A DNA stretch of 64,000 bases from Telluria sp. (GTDB lineage Bacteria; Pseudomonadota; Gammaproteobacteria; Burkholderiales; Burkholderiaceae_D): assembly GCA_036386755.1 (NCBI GenBank), contig DASVVC010000015.1, positions 5,960 through 69,959 of the forward strand. The letters run 5' to 3'. Both the position numbers and the translations under genes were made by a program. The notes below the pieces were generated by a model. That model did no database searches, was not told where the DNA came from, and saw only the letters and a program-made list of their open reading frames with translations. This document shows positions 51,820-59,972 of this stretch, in pieces (position 1 is the first letter of the stretch; every line of letters starts with the position of its first letter).

Positions 51820-53486
51820 TATGCGACCTCCGCTGCAAACATATCCAACTGTGGGGCTGGGGTGGCAGCCAACTCAGCTGCCGCGGTCGCCTTTGCGAGC
51901 TCGTGCTCGATGCGCGCCCTGGCGATCGGCAGGTATTCCGCCGTCATGTCGATGCCGACGAACCGGAATCCCTCACGCATGCACGCCTTGCCCGTGCTTC
52001 CGCTGCCCATGAACGGATCCAGCACCAGGCCGCCCGGCGGCGTGACCAGGCGCACCAGGTAGGCCATGAGGTCGGTCGGTTTCACGGTCGGGTGATGGTT
52101 CCCGTTGCGTTCAGGCCAGTCAGCGTTCTCGCGCTCGCGCATGGTCGCTTCGGTGGCCACAGCCGGCGCGGCGCCGCTTGGCAGCCCGGCATTGCGGTCG
52201 GCGCGGCTGGCCTTAGCGCAGTAGAAGAAGCGGGCGGCGCTGCCGGCGCTCGCCTCAATCGCCGGGCCGCCGTCGCCTTTGGCGTTGCTGCCAAACCCGA
52301 TGCCCTTGCGCACGCCAGCCACGCGCGATCCGCTTGTCGATTCAGGAAATAGCGCCACCACCTCGGCGCTGCCGTCGTGGATGATGTTGGCGGGCCACCG
52401 CCCAGCGGCGTCACCCCCACGCGGGCCTGGCAGCATGGCGAACCTAGCATCGCCGCCGACGCTGTACCGGCGCTCTACGCTGCCCTCGCCATCGCGCGCC
52501 GAGCTCTCGTTTCCAGGCACCCGGCACGCATCGATATTGATCGCGCCGGTGCCGTGCGCCAGCACATTGGCCGCCACGGTCGCGCCCTTAGCCAGCGGCT
52601 TGCGCGCCATGCAGCACGGCTCGTGCGCCGGCTTGAGGGCGGTGCCCCAGCCTTCCCATTGGCGGGCGGCGTCGGTAACCGCCCCCGCGTCAAACTTCTG
52701 TGTGGCACCGTCGGCATGCCCGCCGAAAGCGACACCGTTGTGCCCGATCCCGGACGCTGGCCGCTCGCTCAGAATTTCGCGCTCGTTTCCTGGCGTGCCT
52801 TTGCGGCCGTTGAGCCGCCACACTTCGGCGTCCATTTCGTCGCCAAAACCGATAAAGGCCTTGAGCTGTAGCCATTGGTCCCATTTCGGCACCTTGCCCA
52901 ACGTTTCCCAGTTCGCAACGCAGCCGGTAAGCCCGCCAGTAACCGAAGGCCACAGTGCAGCAACATCTTTTTGCTTGAGCCCGCGCCCTTCGCGCTGATC
53001 CTTAAGCCACGCGCCTACAGCCCTCCCTTCAGTGCTGTCGTCACGCGCCTTGTCGATCGCCTTGCTCACGTTCATACTTTTCGGAAAGCCCGACCCGTAA
53101 ATCCAGGGGATGCTGTCCCTGATCTCGAACCCTGCGTCCTCGATCGCGCACACCATGCGATGCGACGTGCGCGTTCCACTGAAGGCCAGCAGATGGCCGC
53201 CCGGCTTGAGCACGCGCAGGGCTTCGGTCGCCCATGCCTCGCACCACTCTTGGAACAGCCGACCAGCACGATATTCCGGCGCCTTCTTCGACATGCGGCC
53301 GAACGTGTTGTCGCGGCCAGCATCGGCAGCGTTCAGCGATCGGCGGAACCCGTCGGCGCCGTCCCACTCCTTGCCCATAAATTCGAGGCCGTACGGCGGA
53401 TCGCAGACGATCGCGTCGACGCTGTTCTCCGGCAGCTTGGCCATCTCGGTGATGCAGTCGCCGTGAATGAGGGTGTAGGGCTTCAT
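51819..53486 (-). CDS. DNA methyltransferase, DPPY type (N6-adenine or N4-cytosine), with large insertion
   Basis: N-terminal SVDAIVCDPPYG and C-terminal VLDPFMGSGSTGKAC (AdoMet motif). 555 aa. Confidence 0.85.
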   Translation of the reverse strand: MKPYTLIHGDCITEMAKLPENSVDAIVCDPPYGLEFMGKEWDGADGFRRSLNAADAGRDNTFGRMSKKAPEYRAGRLFQEWCEAWATEALRVLKPGGHLLAFSGTRTSHRMVCAIEDAGFEIRDSIPWIYGSGFPKSMNVSKAIDKARDDSTEGRAVGAWLKDQREGRGLKQKDVAALWPSVTGGLTGCVANWETLGKVPKWDQWLQLKAFIGFGDEMDAEVWRLNGRKGTPGNEREILSERPASGIGHNGVAFGGHADGATQKFDAGAVTDAARQWEGWGTALKPAHEPCCMARKPLAKGATVAANVLAHGTGAINIDACRVPGNESSARDGEGSVERRYSVGGDARFAMLPGPRGGDAAGRWPANIIHDGSAEVVALFPESTSGSRVAGVRKGIGFGSNAKGDGGPAIEASAGSAARFFYCAKASRADRNAGLPSGAAPAVATEATMRERENADWPERNGNHHPTVKPTDLMAYLVRLVTPPGGLVLDPFMGSGSTGKACMREGFRFVGIDMTAEYLPIARARIEHELAKATAAAELAATPAPQLDMFAAEVA

Positions 53487-54022
53487 GATTCCACCCACGT
53501 GCTAACATTCGTTTTAGTCAAGATAGTGCCCCTAGGTATTGTTTGATCAGAGTCCGTGCCGGCTGCAACCGATGCGGACTCGCTTTTCTTGCTTGATAAA
53601 AGGTGCTGGCACAGCGCCATCAATTCGACCTGGCTGCCGTAGCGCGCCTCGAACCTGGCTTTCCACGGGTGCACGGCGATCGCGCCCGAGCCGTCGTCCT
53701 GGTGGTGCGGTCCGCACAGCGGGAGCACAAGCTTGTGGCATCCCGGCTTCGTCCGGCCGTCGACGTGATGGATGCTGACGTGCGGGTTGTAGTGCCCGTC
53801 CTTCATGCATGCCACGCAGCCCAGCTGGGCTAGCCGATCCCACATCAGCTTTTCGTCGGCGCTCACGGCGCGCTGCTTCGACTTCATCGCCGCTTTTCTG
53901 GCCGGGGCCTTGCGCTCCGCCGCGGCGACGCGCAGGGTCCCGGTGCTGGTCGACGGCGCCTTCTGCTTGAACGCCGTGCGCTTCAGGCCTACCCCTTGTT
54001 TCATCGGTGCGCGGCGCATCAT
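53483..54022 (-). CDS. Ref-like (P1 recombination enhancement) HNH nuclease
   Basis: LGCVACMKDG...SIHHVDG...LPLCGPHHQD...HPWKARFEARYGSQVEL. Confidence 0.7.
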   Translation of the reverse strand: MMRRAPMKQGVGLKRTAFKQKAPSTSTGTLRVAAAERKAPARKAAMKSKQRAVSADEKLMWDRLAQLGCVACMKDGHYNPHVSIHHVDGRTKPGCHKLVLPLCGPHHQDDGSGAIAVHPWKARFEARYGSQVELMALCQHLLSSKKSESASVAAGTDSDQTIPRGTILTKTNVSTWVES

Positions 54023-54057
54023 GGTAGGATTCCATTTCGATAATTTATGGAGCGGTC

Positions 54058-54285
54058 ATGAACCTTCCGACTTTTGCGCACCGCGGGTACATTGCCGTTG
54101 GTCACCCGCACGTCTTGCCAAGCGGTAAATTTAACGGTGCCTATTCCATTCACGAAGAGACCCCTTTCGGTCGAATGGTCTACCGAACTGATGGCCCGCT
54201 CGAATTTGGAACCGTCGAACTCGCCATCGAAAACATGAATTCGTCTGCCAAAGCTTTGATTGATACCAAAGTGGACGAGCGATAG
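54058..54285 (+). CDS. Hypothetical small protein on the opposite strand (a competing antisense ORF exists)
   Basis: GGAG SD 5 nt before the ATG. MNLPTFAHRGYIAVGHPHVLPSGKFNGAYSIHEE... A codon-aligned minus-strand ORF 54019..54291 is equally open. Confidence 0.4.
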   Translation: MNLPTFAHRGYIAVGHPHVLPSGKFNGAYSIHEETPFGRMVYRTDGPLEFGTVELAIENMNSSAKALIDTKVDER

Positions 54286-54287
54286 AG

Positions 54288-54605
54288 TCACGGCGCCACC
54301 CCAGCGAACATGTCGATGGTCTTGGTGTCACGAACTACCTCGGGCGGCGCTAGGTCGAGCCATTGACCAATCGTGTGCTGAACCTTGGTCCCGTATGGCA
54401 AACATTCCTCATCCCAACCAGGAGGCAAGTCGGCGGCATTTTTAACCTCGCAGTCGGTCCAAACGTCGCCGCTGTAGTCGCTGAGAATTTCGCTCTGCGC
54501 GCTTCTGAATGCACTCTCAGCGCTGCGCTCACTCGTCGCGAGAATTACCGCGGTGACCGTCACCGTGACCGAATAGAGCTTTTGGATTTCTTTTGTCGTG
54601 CTCAT
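54288..54605 (-). CDS. Hypothetical early protein
   Basis: Start MSTTKEIQKLYSV at 54605; 105 aa. Confidence 0.5.
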   Translation of the reverse strand: MSTTKEIQKLYSVTVTVTAVILATSERSAESAFRSAQSEILSDYSGDVWTDCEVKNAADLPPGWDEECLPYGTKVQHTIGQWLDLAPPEVVRDTKTIDMFAGVAP

Positions 54606-54606
54606 G

Positions 54607-55215
54607 TCAAGCCCCGATAGGATGGTTGCGGCTAGCCTGGCGCTCGACCATCGGCCATTCGTAGTCGAAGAGGTAGTTGTGTGCGTTGCCAATGAGGTTG
54701 TATTGATGGCGCGACACGGAAACCTTCACGAAGGTACGGTAGCCTTCGCTCACCGGCTGAGCGGCACGGTGAACAATCGTGCTATCGAGTTGCAGTAGAG
54801 AGCCCGGCGCATACGTGCGAAAGTTCTCTGGCGACGCTTGCTGCGCCATCTGAGCCAAGGAAATGTCGTGGTCGTCGGACAGATCGAATCGCTGCCCAAC
54901 ACAGAACTCAGTGGGGAGCGTATCGGACCAGATGTAGTTGATGTCGTCGGTGCCGAAGCCGTCTGTGTGCCACCCAGGCCGATTGCCAAGGCAGTGCGGC
55001 CCGACGAAAAGGCGTTTGGCCGTCAGGTAGATGTACTGCTCATCCGAAGCGCGGCATTCCGCTTGCTCTATCAATCCTGCAAAACACCACAGGTTTTTCG
55101 GGATTCGAAGTTCAGTTCCGGGCATAGCGATCGGCATGTACTGCACGAACATAAGTTCGGGGCAATCGATGACAAATCGACCCAAAAACAAGGGTTCGCG
55201 GCTAAACATTTGCAT
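54607..55215 (-). CDS. Putative Fe(II)/2-oxoglutarate dioxygenase-like (double-stranded beta-helix) protein
   Basis: RPGWHTDGFGTDD (HxD), distal STIVHRAA His, and basic GYRTFVKVSVSR. 202 aa. Confidence 0.45.
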   Translation of the reverse strand: MQMFSREPLFLGRFVIDCPELMFVQYMPIAMPGTELRIPKNLWCFAGLIEQAECRASDEQYIYLTAKRLFVGPHCLGNRPGWHTDGFGTDDINYIWSDTLPTEFCVGQRFDLSDDHDISLAQMAQQASPENFRTYAPGSLLQLDSTIVHRAAQPVSEGYRTFVKVSVSRHQYNLIGNAHNYLFDYEWPMVERQASRNHPIGA

Positions 55216-55483
55216 CCTCCCATACGTACATCATCAATTCCATCTGGACGAAGATTCCCCCGCAGCCCAGGTAGCAGTGCGTTTGCAAAATGTCGGCCGG
55301 CATTGACGCACCAGTTTTGAACAGCAGAAAGTCCCGCTTGATCATTGGTGCATCGGTGTCGACTACCGCCCAGAGCCAAAGGAAGCCATCGATGCCATCA
55401 ACGCGGATCACAACAGCGCCCTCTGGCATCATCACGCTCGCTTGCTCGGCCATGCCCAGTTGATATTTGTGTATCGCTTTCAT
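55202..55483 (-). CDS. Hypothetical early protein
   Basis: 93-aa ORF; recurrent phage-type sequence MKAIHKYQL... Confidence 0.5.
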   Translation of the reverse strand: MKAIHKYQLGMAEQASVMMPEGAVVIRVDGIDGFLWLWAVVDTDAPMIKRDFLLFKTGASMPADILQTHCYLGCGGIFVQMELMMYVWEDANV

Positions 55484-55484
55484 G

Positions 55485-55676
55485 TCAAATCCCTCCCCTT
55501 CTCCAGCCTGCTGGCTGTGGATTGCACTTCACACACACGTCCTGACCTACTGGGAACTGGCCAATCGACTTGAAATTTTTACAGCACGAGCACGTCATGC
55601 GCTTCGATGTGCTCACCGGGATAATCTGCTGCGTCGCCGCGCGGTAGCGGTCGTTAGGGGCGTGGCCTAGTGACAT
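55485..55676 (-). CDS. Small zinc-ribbon-like protein
   Basis: CSCCKNF...CVKC; 63 aa. Confidence 0.45.
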   Translation of the reverse strand: MSLGHAPNDRYRAATQQIIPVSTSKRMTCSCCKNFKSIGQFPVGQDVCVKCNPQPAGWRRGGI

Positions 55677-55705
55677 GGTAGGATTCCTGTTTGATAAGGG
55701 CTGAT

Positions 55706-56302
55706 ATGCAAATTCGCCGAAGCATCCAATACTCGTTGGTTGCAGCAGTGCTGATAGCCACGAGCAATACCGGATTGATGTTTGGTTTGAACGCTGGCGA
55801 GTGGGCCAGCTGGGTTCAGGCGATCGGCTCCATGGCTGCCATTGGTGGGGCGTTTGCGATTGCGAATGGACAGCATGTGAACGAACGCAATGCAGAAAAC
55901 GCTAGGCGTGCGGCGGACGAGCGGCAGCGCTTCAAGATCGTTCTTGCGATTCTCACCAAAACCGAAACGACGATCAGCAATTTGGCCGCAGCGCGTGCCA
56001 ACAATGTCTTTCAAATGCCTCCCGAGAATTTCGAGACACTGCTGAACGACTGCGAAAAATTGCTCGGCTCGGTAGCCCCTGTTGACATGCCCCACGAAGA
56101 TCTGGTCCTGATTTGCCATGGGCTTCAGCAAGAAATTCCGACAATCTCCTTGGGATATGGCCTGTGGCGGCAACAGATTGAAGCCCCCAGGCAAAATATT
56201 GATACCCGCAGCGCTGCAACCAATACGGCCGTTGACGACGCGCTGAAGCTTGCGAAAGATGGCTCTGACCTTTGCATTGCGCAAATAGCAAGTAGATGCT
56301 GA
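55706..56302 (+). CDS. Opposite-strand two-TM membrane protein (moron; candidate exclusion/abortive-infection factor)
   Basis: AAGGG SD. TM helices YSLVAAVLIATSNTGLMFGL and WVQAIGSMAAIGGAFAIA, then a helical domain. Lower GC. Confidence 0.6.
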   Translation: MQIRRSIQYSLVAAVLIATSNTGLMFGLNAGEWASWVQAIGSMAAIGGAFAIANGQHVNERNAENARRAADERQRFKIVLAILTKTETTISNLAAARANNVFQMPPENFETLLNDCEKLLGSVAPVDMPHEDLVLICHGLQQEIPTISLGYGLWRQQIEAPRQNIDTRSAATNTAVDDALKLAKDGSDLCIAQIASRC

Positions 56303-56304
56303 TT

Positions 56305-57387
56305 TCATACGCCCTCCATCACGGCTTCGATCCAGACGCGAGCCGCTTCAGCATTGATAGCGTTTCCGTAGGCGCGCAGTCGTCCCACGCGGCTGGCAGC
56401 CCCATGAGCCAGCGGGAATGTGCCGGGTTCAACTGGCCGCCACTTTCCATCTGTGCATGCGAGCCAGTCAGCATCTCGCCAGAGGCCGTTAGTCGGACCG
56501 GCCCGCTCAGTTCGTAGAACGCCAGTTTCGTCGCGGCCGACAGGTCCATCGTTATCTTCGAGCCGTCCGGCATGCGCCCAGTCATCGATACCCCTGGCCG
56601 GAAACCCTTGCCCCCGTTCCCGTCGCTCGCACTCGGCGTCGGCCACCCGGCCAGGTAGAACGCTACGTCCGCCAGCCCGATCTGCGGGTCCGTTGGCTTT
56701 CGGCTCCCAATGATCGGTGGTTGTGGCTTGTGATCCACTAACGCCGCCCCCGGCGTAGGCCAGCCCGCCAGCGCTGCCACCCCGTTCAACGTCACCTGCG
56801 ACTTGGTCCCGTCCGGTCGCCGTCCGGTCGCCGAGCAATGCCCCATTGTTTGCCCGCCGTCCCCGTTTGCCTTCGACGGCGTCGGCCATGGTGCCCGCCC
56901 AGTACAGCCGGTCTCGGATGTGCGGCGCACCGATGCCCGCAGACGGGAACGGGATTGCCCCGAAGGTGTAACCCATGCCTTCCAGGTCAGCGTGTACAAG
57001 GTCGATCCAAGCGTCGACGTGGCTGCTCGCAACCTGCTCTCCAAGGACCGCTGAAGGGCGCAGCTCTTTGGTGAGGTGGTGGAAGGCAGGCCACAGGTGC
57101 CGCTCGTCAGCAAACCCAGCGCCTTCGCCTGCCTGGCTGAAAGGTTGGCAAGGACAGGAACCGGTCCAAACAGGTCGATCATCACCCCACCCCGTGGCGC
57201 GGAGGGCATGCGACCAAACGCCGACGCCGGCAAAGAAATGGCACTGGGTGAACTCTCGCAGGTCGTCGGGCTGTACATCTTCAATGCTCCTGGTGTCGAC
57301 CACGCCGTCAGCGATGTGCCCGGCGGTGATCAGGTTGCGCAGCCATTGGGCGGCGTACGGGTCGATTTCGTTGTAGTAGGCGGTCAC
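56305..57387 (-). CDS. DNA (cytosine-5) methyltransferase, catalytic frame (frame A); the 3' about 190 codons are doubtful
   Basis: [31 protein letters not shown] (motif IV), GEQV (VI) and [10 protein letters not shown] (VIII). After about 56890 the frame becomes G/R/D low-complexity with low GC3. Confidence 0.7.
   Translation of the reverse strand: MTAYYNEIDPYAAQWLRNLITAGHIADGVVDTRSIEDVQPDDLREFTQCHFFAGVGVWSHALRATGWGDDRPVWTGSCPCQPFSQAGEGAGFADERHLWPAFHHLTKELRPSAVLGEQVASSHVDAWIDLVHADLEGMGYTFGAIPFPSAGIGAPHIRDRLYWAGTMADAVEGKRGRRANNGALLGDRTATGRDQVAGDVERGGSAGGLAYAGGGVSGSQATTTDHWEPKANGPADRAGGRSVLPGRVADAECERRERGQGFPARGIDDWAHAGRLEDNDGPVGRDETGVLRTERAGPTNGLWRDADWLACTDGKWRPVEPGTFPLAHGAASRVGRLRAYGNAINAEAARVWIEAVMEGV
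56319..57284 (-). CDS. Same-strand overlapping frame (frame B): WPTP-repeat domain + LNPxxSRWLMGxPxxW motif; likely the real 3' coding frame of the methyltransferase locus
   Basis: Three WPTP repeats (56877, 56751, 56634). [23 protein letters not shown]3 about 82 percent versus about 57 percent for frame A over 56461-56700 (hand count). Confidence 0.55.
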   Translation of the reverse strand: MKMYSPTTCESSPSAISLPASAFGRMPSAPRGGVMIDLFGPVPVLANLSARQAKALGLLTSGTCGLPSTTSPKSCALQRSLESRLRAATSTLGSTLYTLTWKAWVTPSGQSRSRLRASVRRTSETGCTGRAPWPTPSKANGDGGQTMGHCSATGRRPDGTKSQVTLNGVAALAGWPTPGAALVDHKPQPPIIGSRKPTDPQIGLADVAFYLAGWPTPSASDGNGGKGFRPGVSMTGRMPDGSKITMDLSAATKLAFYELSGPVRLTASGEMLTGSHAQMESGGQLNPAHSRWLMGLPAAWDDCAPTETLSMLKRLASGSKP

Positions 57388-57470
57388 GGCAGCACCTCAT
57401 CAGGCAGCACGAGCTGGCGCGGGTCGGTACTGAAACCGCCAGCCCCGGCGAAAAGGTCGATTGCTTTCAT
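57384..57470 (-). CDS. 28-codon ORF encoding C5-MTase motif I (MKAIDLFAGAGGFS...), same phase as frame B
   Basis: The ATG overlaps the stop of the upstream hydrolase gene (ATGA). It ends at a TGA that overlaps the GTG of frame A. Confidence 0.5.
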   Translation of the reverse strand: MKAIDLFAGAGGFSTDPRQLVLPDEVLP

Positions 57471-58024
57471 TGCTCACCCCACTGCGCCACCGCGGCGCGG
57501 ATAACATCCAGCGCCTCGGCATTCAAAAGAACCTCGGTATGAGTCGTGGCGACGCGCACGATCCGCATGTCGCTCCGGCTCTCGGCCGAGATGCGCGATA
57601 CGATCCGGTCCTCGGTTGCGACAATCTGCGTCCACGGGCAGCGCAATTTGATCGCGCGGCCCCGGCTGATAGGCAGGCTGCGCGGGTGGATGTCGCGCAT
57701 CAGCTGCGGGTGGTAGAGCGGCGCGAGGAACGGCAGGATTGCCGCCGCCGCGCTTCCGCCGAACGGGCTGCACATCGACACCGCGCCGCGAACTCGATCG
57801 CCCAGCCGGTCTGCCAGGGCCAGCGCCAGGTTGCCGCCCTGGCTGTGGGCGATAAGCCCGATCGGCCCGTCGACCGCAGCAAGCTCGGACGTGAGGCGCG
57901 TAGTGATGGCGTCGAAGCCTTCAGCAACGTCATAGCTAAGGTCGATTGTTTCGCCCAGGTGCGGGCGGATTGCGTTCCAGCTGTCGCGGGTGGCGTGGGC
58001 GCCGTGGAGGGTAACGGCGATCAT
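57467..58024 (-). CDS. Alpha/beta-hydrolase-fold protein (GxSxG nucleophile elbow AHSQGG)
   Basis: IAVTLHGAHAT..., LIAHSQGGNLAL and a late His (TTHTEVL). ATGA coupling at both ends. Confidence 0.6.
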   Translation of the reverse strand: MIAVTLHGAHATRDSWNAIRPHLGETIDLSYDVAEGFDAITTRLTSELAAVDGPIGLIAHSQGGNLALALADRLGDRVRGAVSMCSPFGGSAAAAILPFLAPLYHPQLMRDIHPRSLPISRGRAIKLRCPWTQIVATEDRIVSRISAESRSDMRIVRVATTHTEVLLNAEALDVIRAAVAQWGEQ

Positions 58025-58548
58025 GCGCATACCTCGCTGGCCAGCTGGAAACGGACGGTAGCCAGGGCCGCGAAGCCGGTCGGCTTGGCCGGCGCGCGCT
58101 CGATGCGCTCGGCGGGCGGCGCGAGATCGGCCGATGGCTTGAAGAACTTGGCCGGCAGGGCTAGCGGGTCGATCTTCGTGGTTTCTACGCGCGGCGTCGC
58201 GGCTCGCGCCTCCCGACGGACCCGGTCAGCGATCAGCCGCGCCTGACGAACAGCTGGCTTCTCCGGAACATCGAGGCTGGCGAGATACCACCGGATCTTT
58301 TGCTCGTTGGGCACAAGCACGTAGGCCGTGCGCTTGTACCCTCCCCGATTCATGACGTCCGCGCCAGCGAAAGCCGCAATACCATCGCGCTTCAGTTCGC
58401 ACAGGTATTTGCCTGCGTTCTCCGGCGAGACTTTCATCATTTCCGCAGCTTCGTACCGATTCATTCGCCCGTGGCGCAAAGCGGCAATCAAACGCTTCAT
58501 GTTCTCGCTACGTGATGGGCGAGGGATTGCTAATTTTGGCGCGGTCAT
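58021..58548 (-). CDS. HTH DNA-binding early protein
   Basis: MKRLIAALRHGRMNRYEAAEMMKVSPENAGKYLCELKRDG. Confidence 0.5.
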   Translation of the reverse strand: MTAPKLAIPRPSRSENMKRLIAALRHGRMNRYEAAEMMKVSPENAGKYLCELKRDGIAAFAGADVMNRGGYKRTAYVLVPNEQKIRWYLASLDVPEKPAVRQARLIADRVRREARAATPRVETTKIDPLALPAKFFKPSADLAPPAERIERAPAKPTGFAALATVRFQLASEVCA

Positions 58549-58781
58549 GGGTGCCCCTTTGCGATCAGGGAATCAGCAACCTCGCGCAGCGCATAGCGCG
58601 CATCGGGCTCGTCATCGACCAGATCCTGGAACTTGGTGCCCGGCGCTTTCTCGATCTTGGCCAGGTCCGCCAAGCGCCATGCGATCAGCTTCTTGTCCCG
58701 CCCGGAGTGCTCTTGCGCAAACGCGTGAGAAATCTCGCGGATGAGTACCTTGCCCTGGTGATGGATGCATGGGTTCGTCAT
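58545..58781 (-). CDS. Hypothetical small protein
   Basis: Coupled 78-aa ORF. Confidence 0.45.
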   Translation of the reverse strand: MTNPCIHHQGKVLIREISHAFAQEHSGRDKKLIAWRLADLAKIEKAPGTKFQDLVDDEPDARYALREVADSLIAKGHP

Positions 58782-59197
58782 ACATTCCCCACTTTCCGGC
58801 AGGCGTTTTCCAGGCGGCGCTTAATGTTGTAGGCCTTGCGCTTAGCCTCAAGCAGCGCGGCGAACTGGAGTTGCGTGTAGTTGCGGATTGCCTTGTACTT
58901 CGGGTCGACCGGGTCAATCCTGCCTTCGACATGCCCGTAAATCTCTTCGAACTTGCGAATGCGGGCGTAGTAGCGGCCCTTCGCCGATTGGATCGCGGCG
59001 ACCGCATAGTGCGCGTCTACGGCAAGCGCGCCGACCTTGATTAAGGGACCGCCTTTCTTGTCAACGGCGCCTGGCATAACCAGATCGATAGGGACAAATC
59101 CAGTGCTGCTGGTGCAATACCAACCAACGGGAAGGATTGGCCCGTTAGGGGACTTTCCGCCAGAGTGGAAGAAAACAGTTGTTCGGGCGGCAGTCAT
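58778..59197 (-). CDS. Hypothetical early protein
   Basis: Coupled 139-aa ORF. Confidence 0.5.
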   Translation of the reverse strand: MTAARTTVFFHSGGKSPNGPILPVGWYCTSSTGFVPIDLVMPGAVDKKGGPLIKVGALAVDAHYAVAAIQSAKGRYYARIRKFEEIYGHVEGRIDPVDPKYKAIRNYTQLQFAALLEAKRKAYNIKRRLENACRKVGNV

Positions 59198-59937
59198 GAT
59201 TCAATCCTTTCAACTTCGGCCATCAGGCCGGCAGAGTGGCGCAGCACGTACAGCTTGTGCAGTTCGGTCTTGCGTTGTTCGAAGTCGTAGCCCAGGTCGA
59301 TCATCGTGGCGTTGGCGCGCTGGAGGTGCTCGATGCAACGGATCTCCATCGGGGTCAGGTGATCGCGGATTGCCTCTGTTGACGTCATGCTGTGCGCTTC
59401 GCGGTAGGCCTTCGCCGACTTGCCCAGCGCGACCCGGTTGATCAGGTCGAACTCATTGGAAAAGTGGTAGTGCGCGGTCGGCTTGCCCAGCACCTTGCGG
59501 CGATGCTTGATGGCGTCAGTGAGATATGGCGCCTCCAGCCGGGCCGCTTGCCGGGACTGCGCGCGGATCTGGTCGTCCATGAACTTCTGCAGCGTTCCAT
59601 TCGCGGCGGCCTGGAAGGTCTGGTACACCTGGACTTCGAACGCGGGATCGATCCAAGCGGCGTAACGCATGACGATCAATTCGACGCCGTAACTACCTTG
59701 ACGTGTGCCGCCCTTGATTGTCTCGACCGGTGCTACATTCGTAGCATCGCTTAAAACTTGAGCAAACTTCACAACATCCGCCGTTTTTAGGAAGTTGCCG
59801 GGTCGATGTGATTCGGTCGCCTTCTTAGCTAGCATCGCCGCCTTGTGCAAATCGTTCAGGCAGTAGCGCCCCGCCTGATCCTGCGCAATAGCGACGCCGG
59901 CGACGTCAATATGCTTGTGGTGTACAATCTCGTTCAT
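59194..59937 (-). CDS. KilA-N domain protein (possible antirepressor/regulator)
   Basis: GRYCLNDLHKAA...RPGNFLKT...GTRQGSYGVELIVMRYAAWIDPAFEVQV. Start MNEIVHH. Confidence 0.7.
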   Translation of the reverse strand: MNEIVHHKHIDVAGVAIAQDQAGRYCLNDLHKAAMLAKKATESHRPGNFLKTADVVKFAQVLSDATNVAPVETIKGGTRQGSYGVELIVMRYAAWIDPAFEVQVYQTFQAAANGTLQKFMDDQIRAQSRQAARLEAPYLTDAIKHRRKVLGKPTAHYHFSNEFDLINRVALGKSAKAYREAHSMTSTEAIRDHLTPMEIRCIEHLQRANATMIDLGYDFEQRKTELHKLYVLRHSAGLMAEVERIES

Positions 59938-59972
59938 GCCTACTCCATAGGTAAGTTTCAAACTAAGCCCGG

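Noticed and set aside
55667-56308. 213-aa minus-strand ORF that would keep the early operon continuous.
   Set aside because: The translation is Arg/Cys/Gly-rich and irregular. The plus-strand frame gives two clean TM helices, a proper SD and a coherent codon pattern.
56305-56370. Frame-A C-terminus [21 protein letters not shown] as a genuine C5-MTase motif X (GNAxxP-like).
   Set aside because: This is not accepted as proof that frame A is translated to its end. The same nucleotides in frame B read [15 protein letters not shown], continuing the higher-GC3 frame. The question is left open in the finding rather than asserted.
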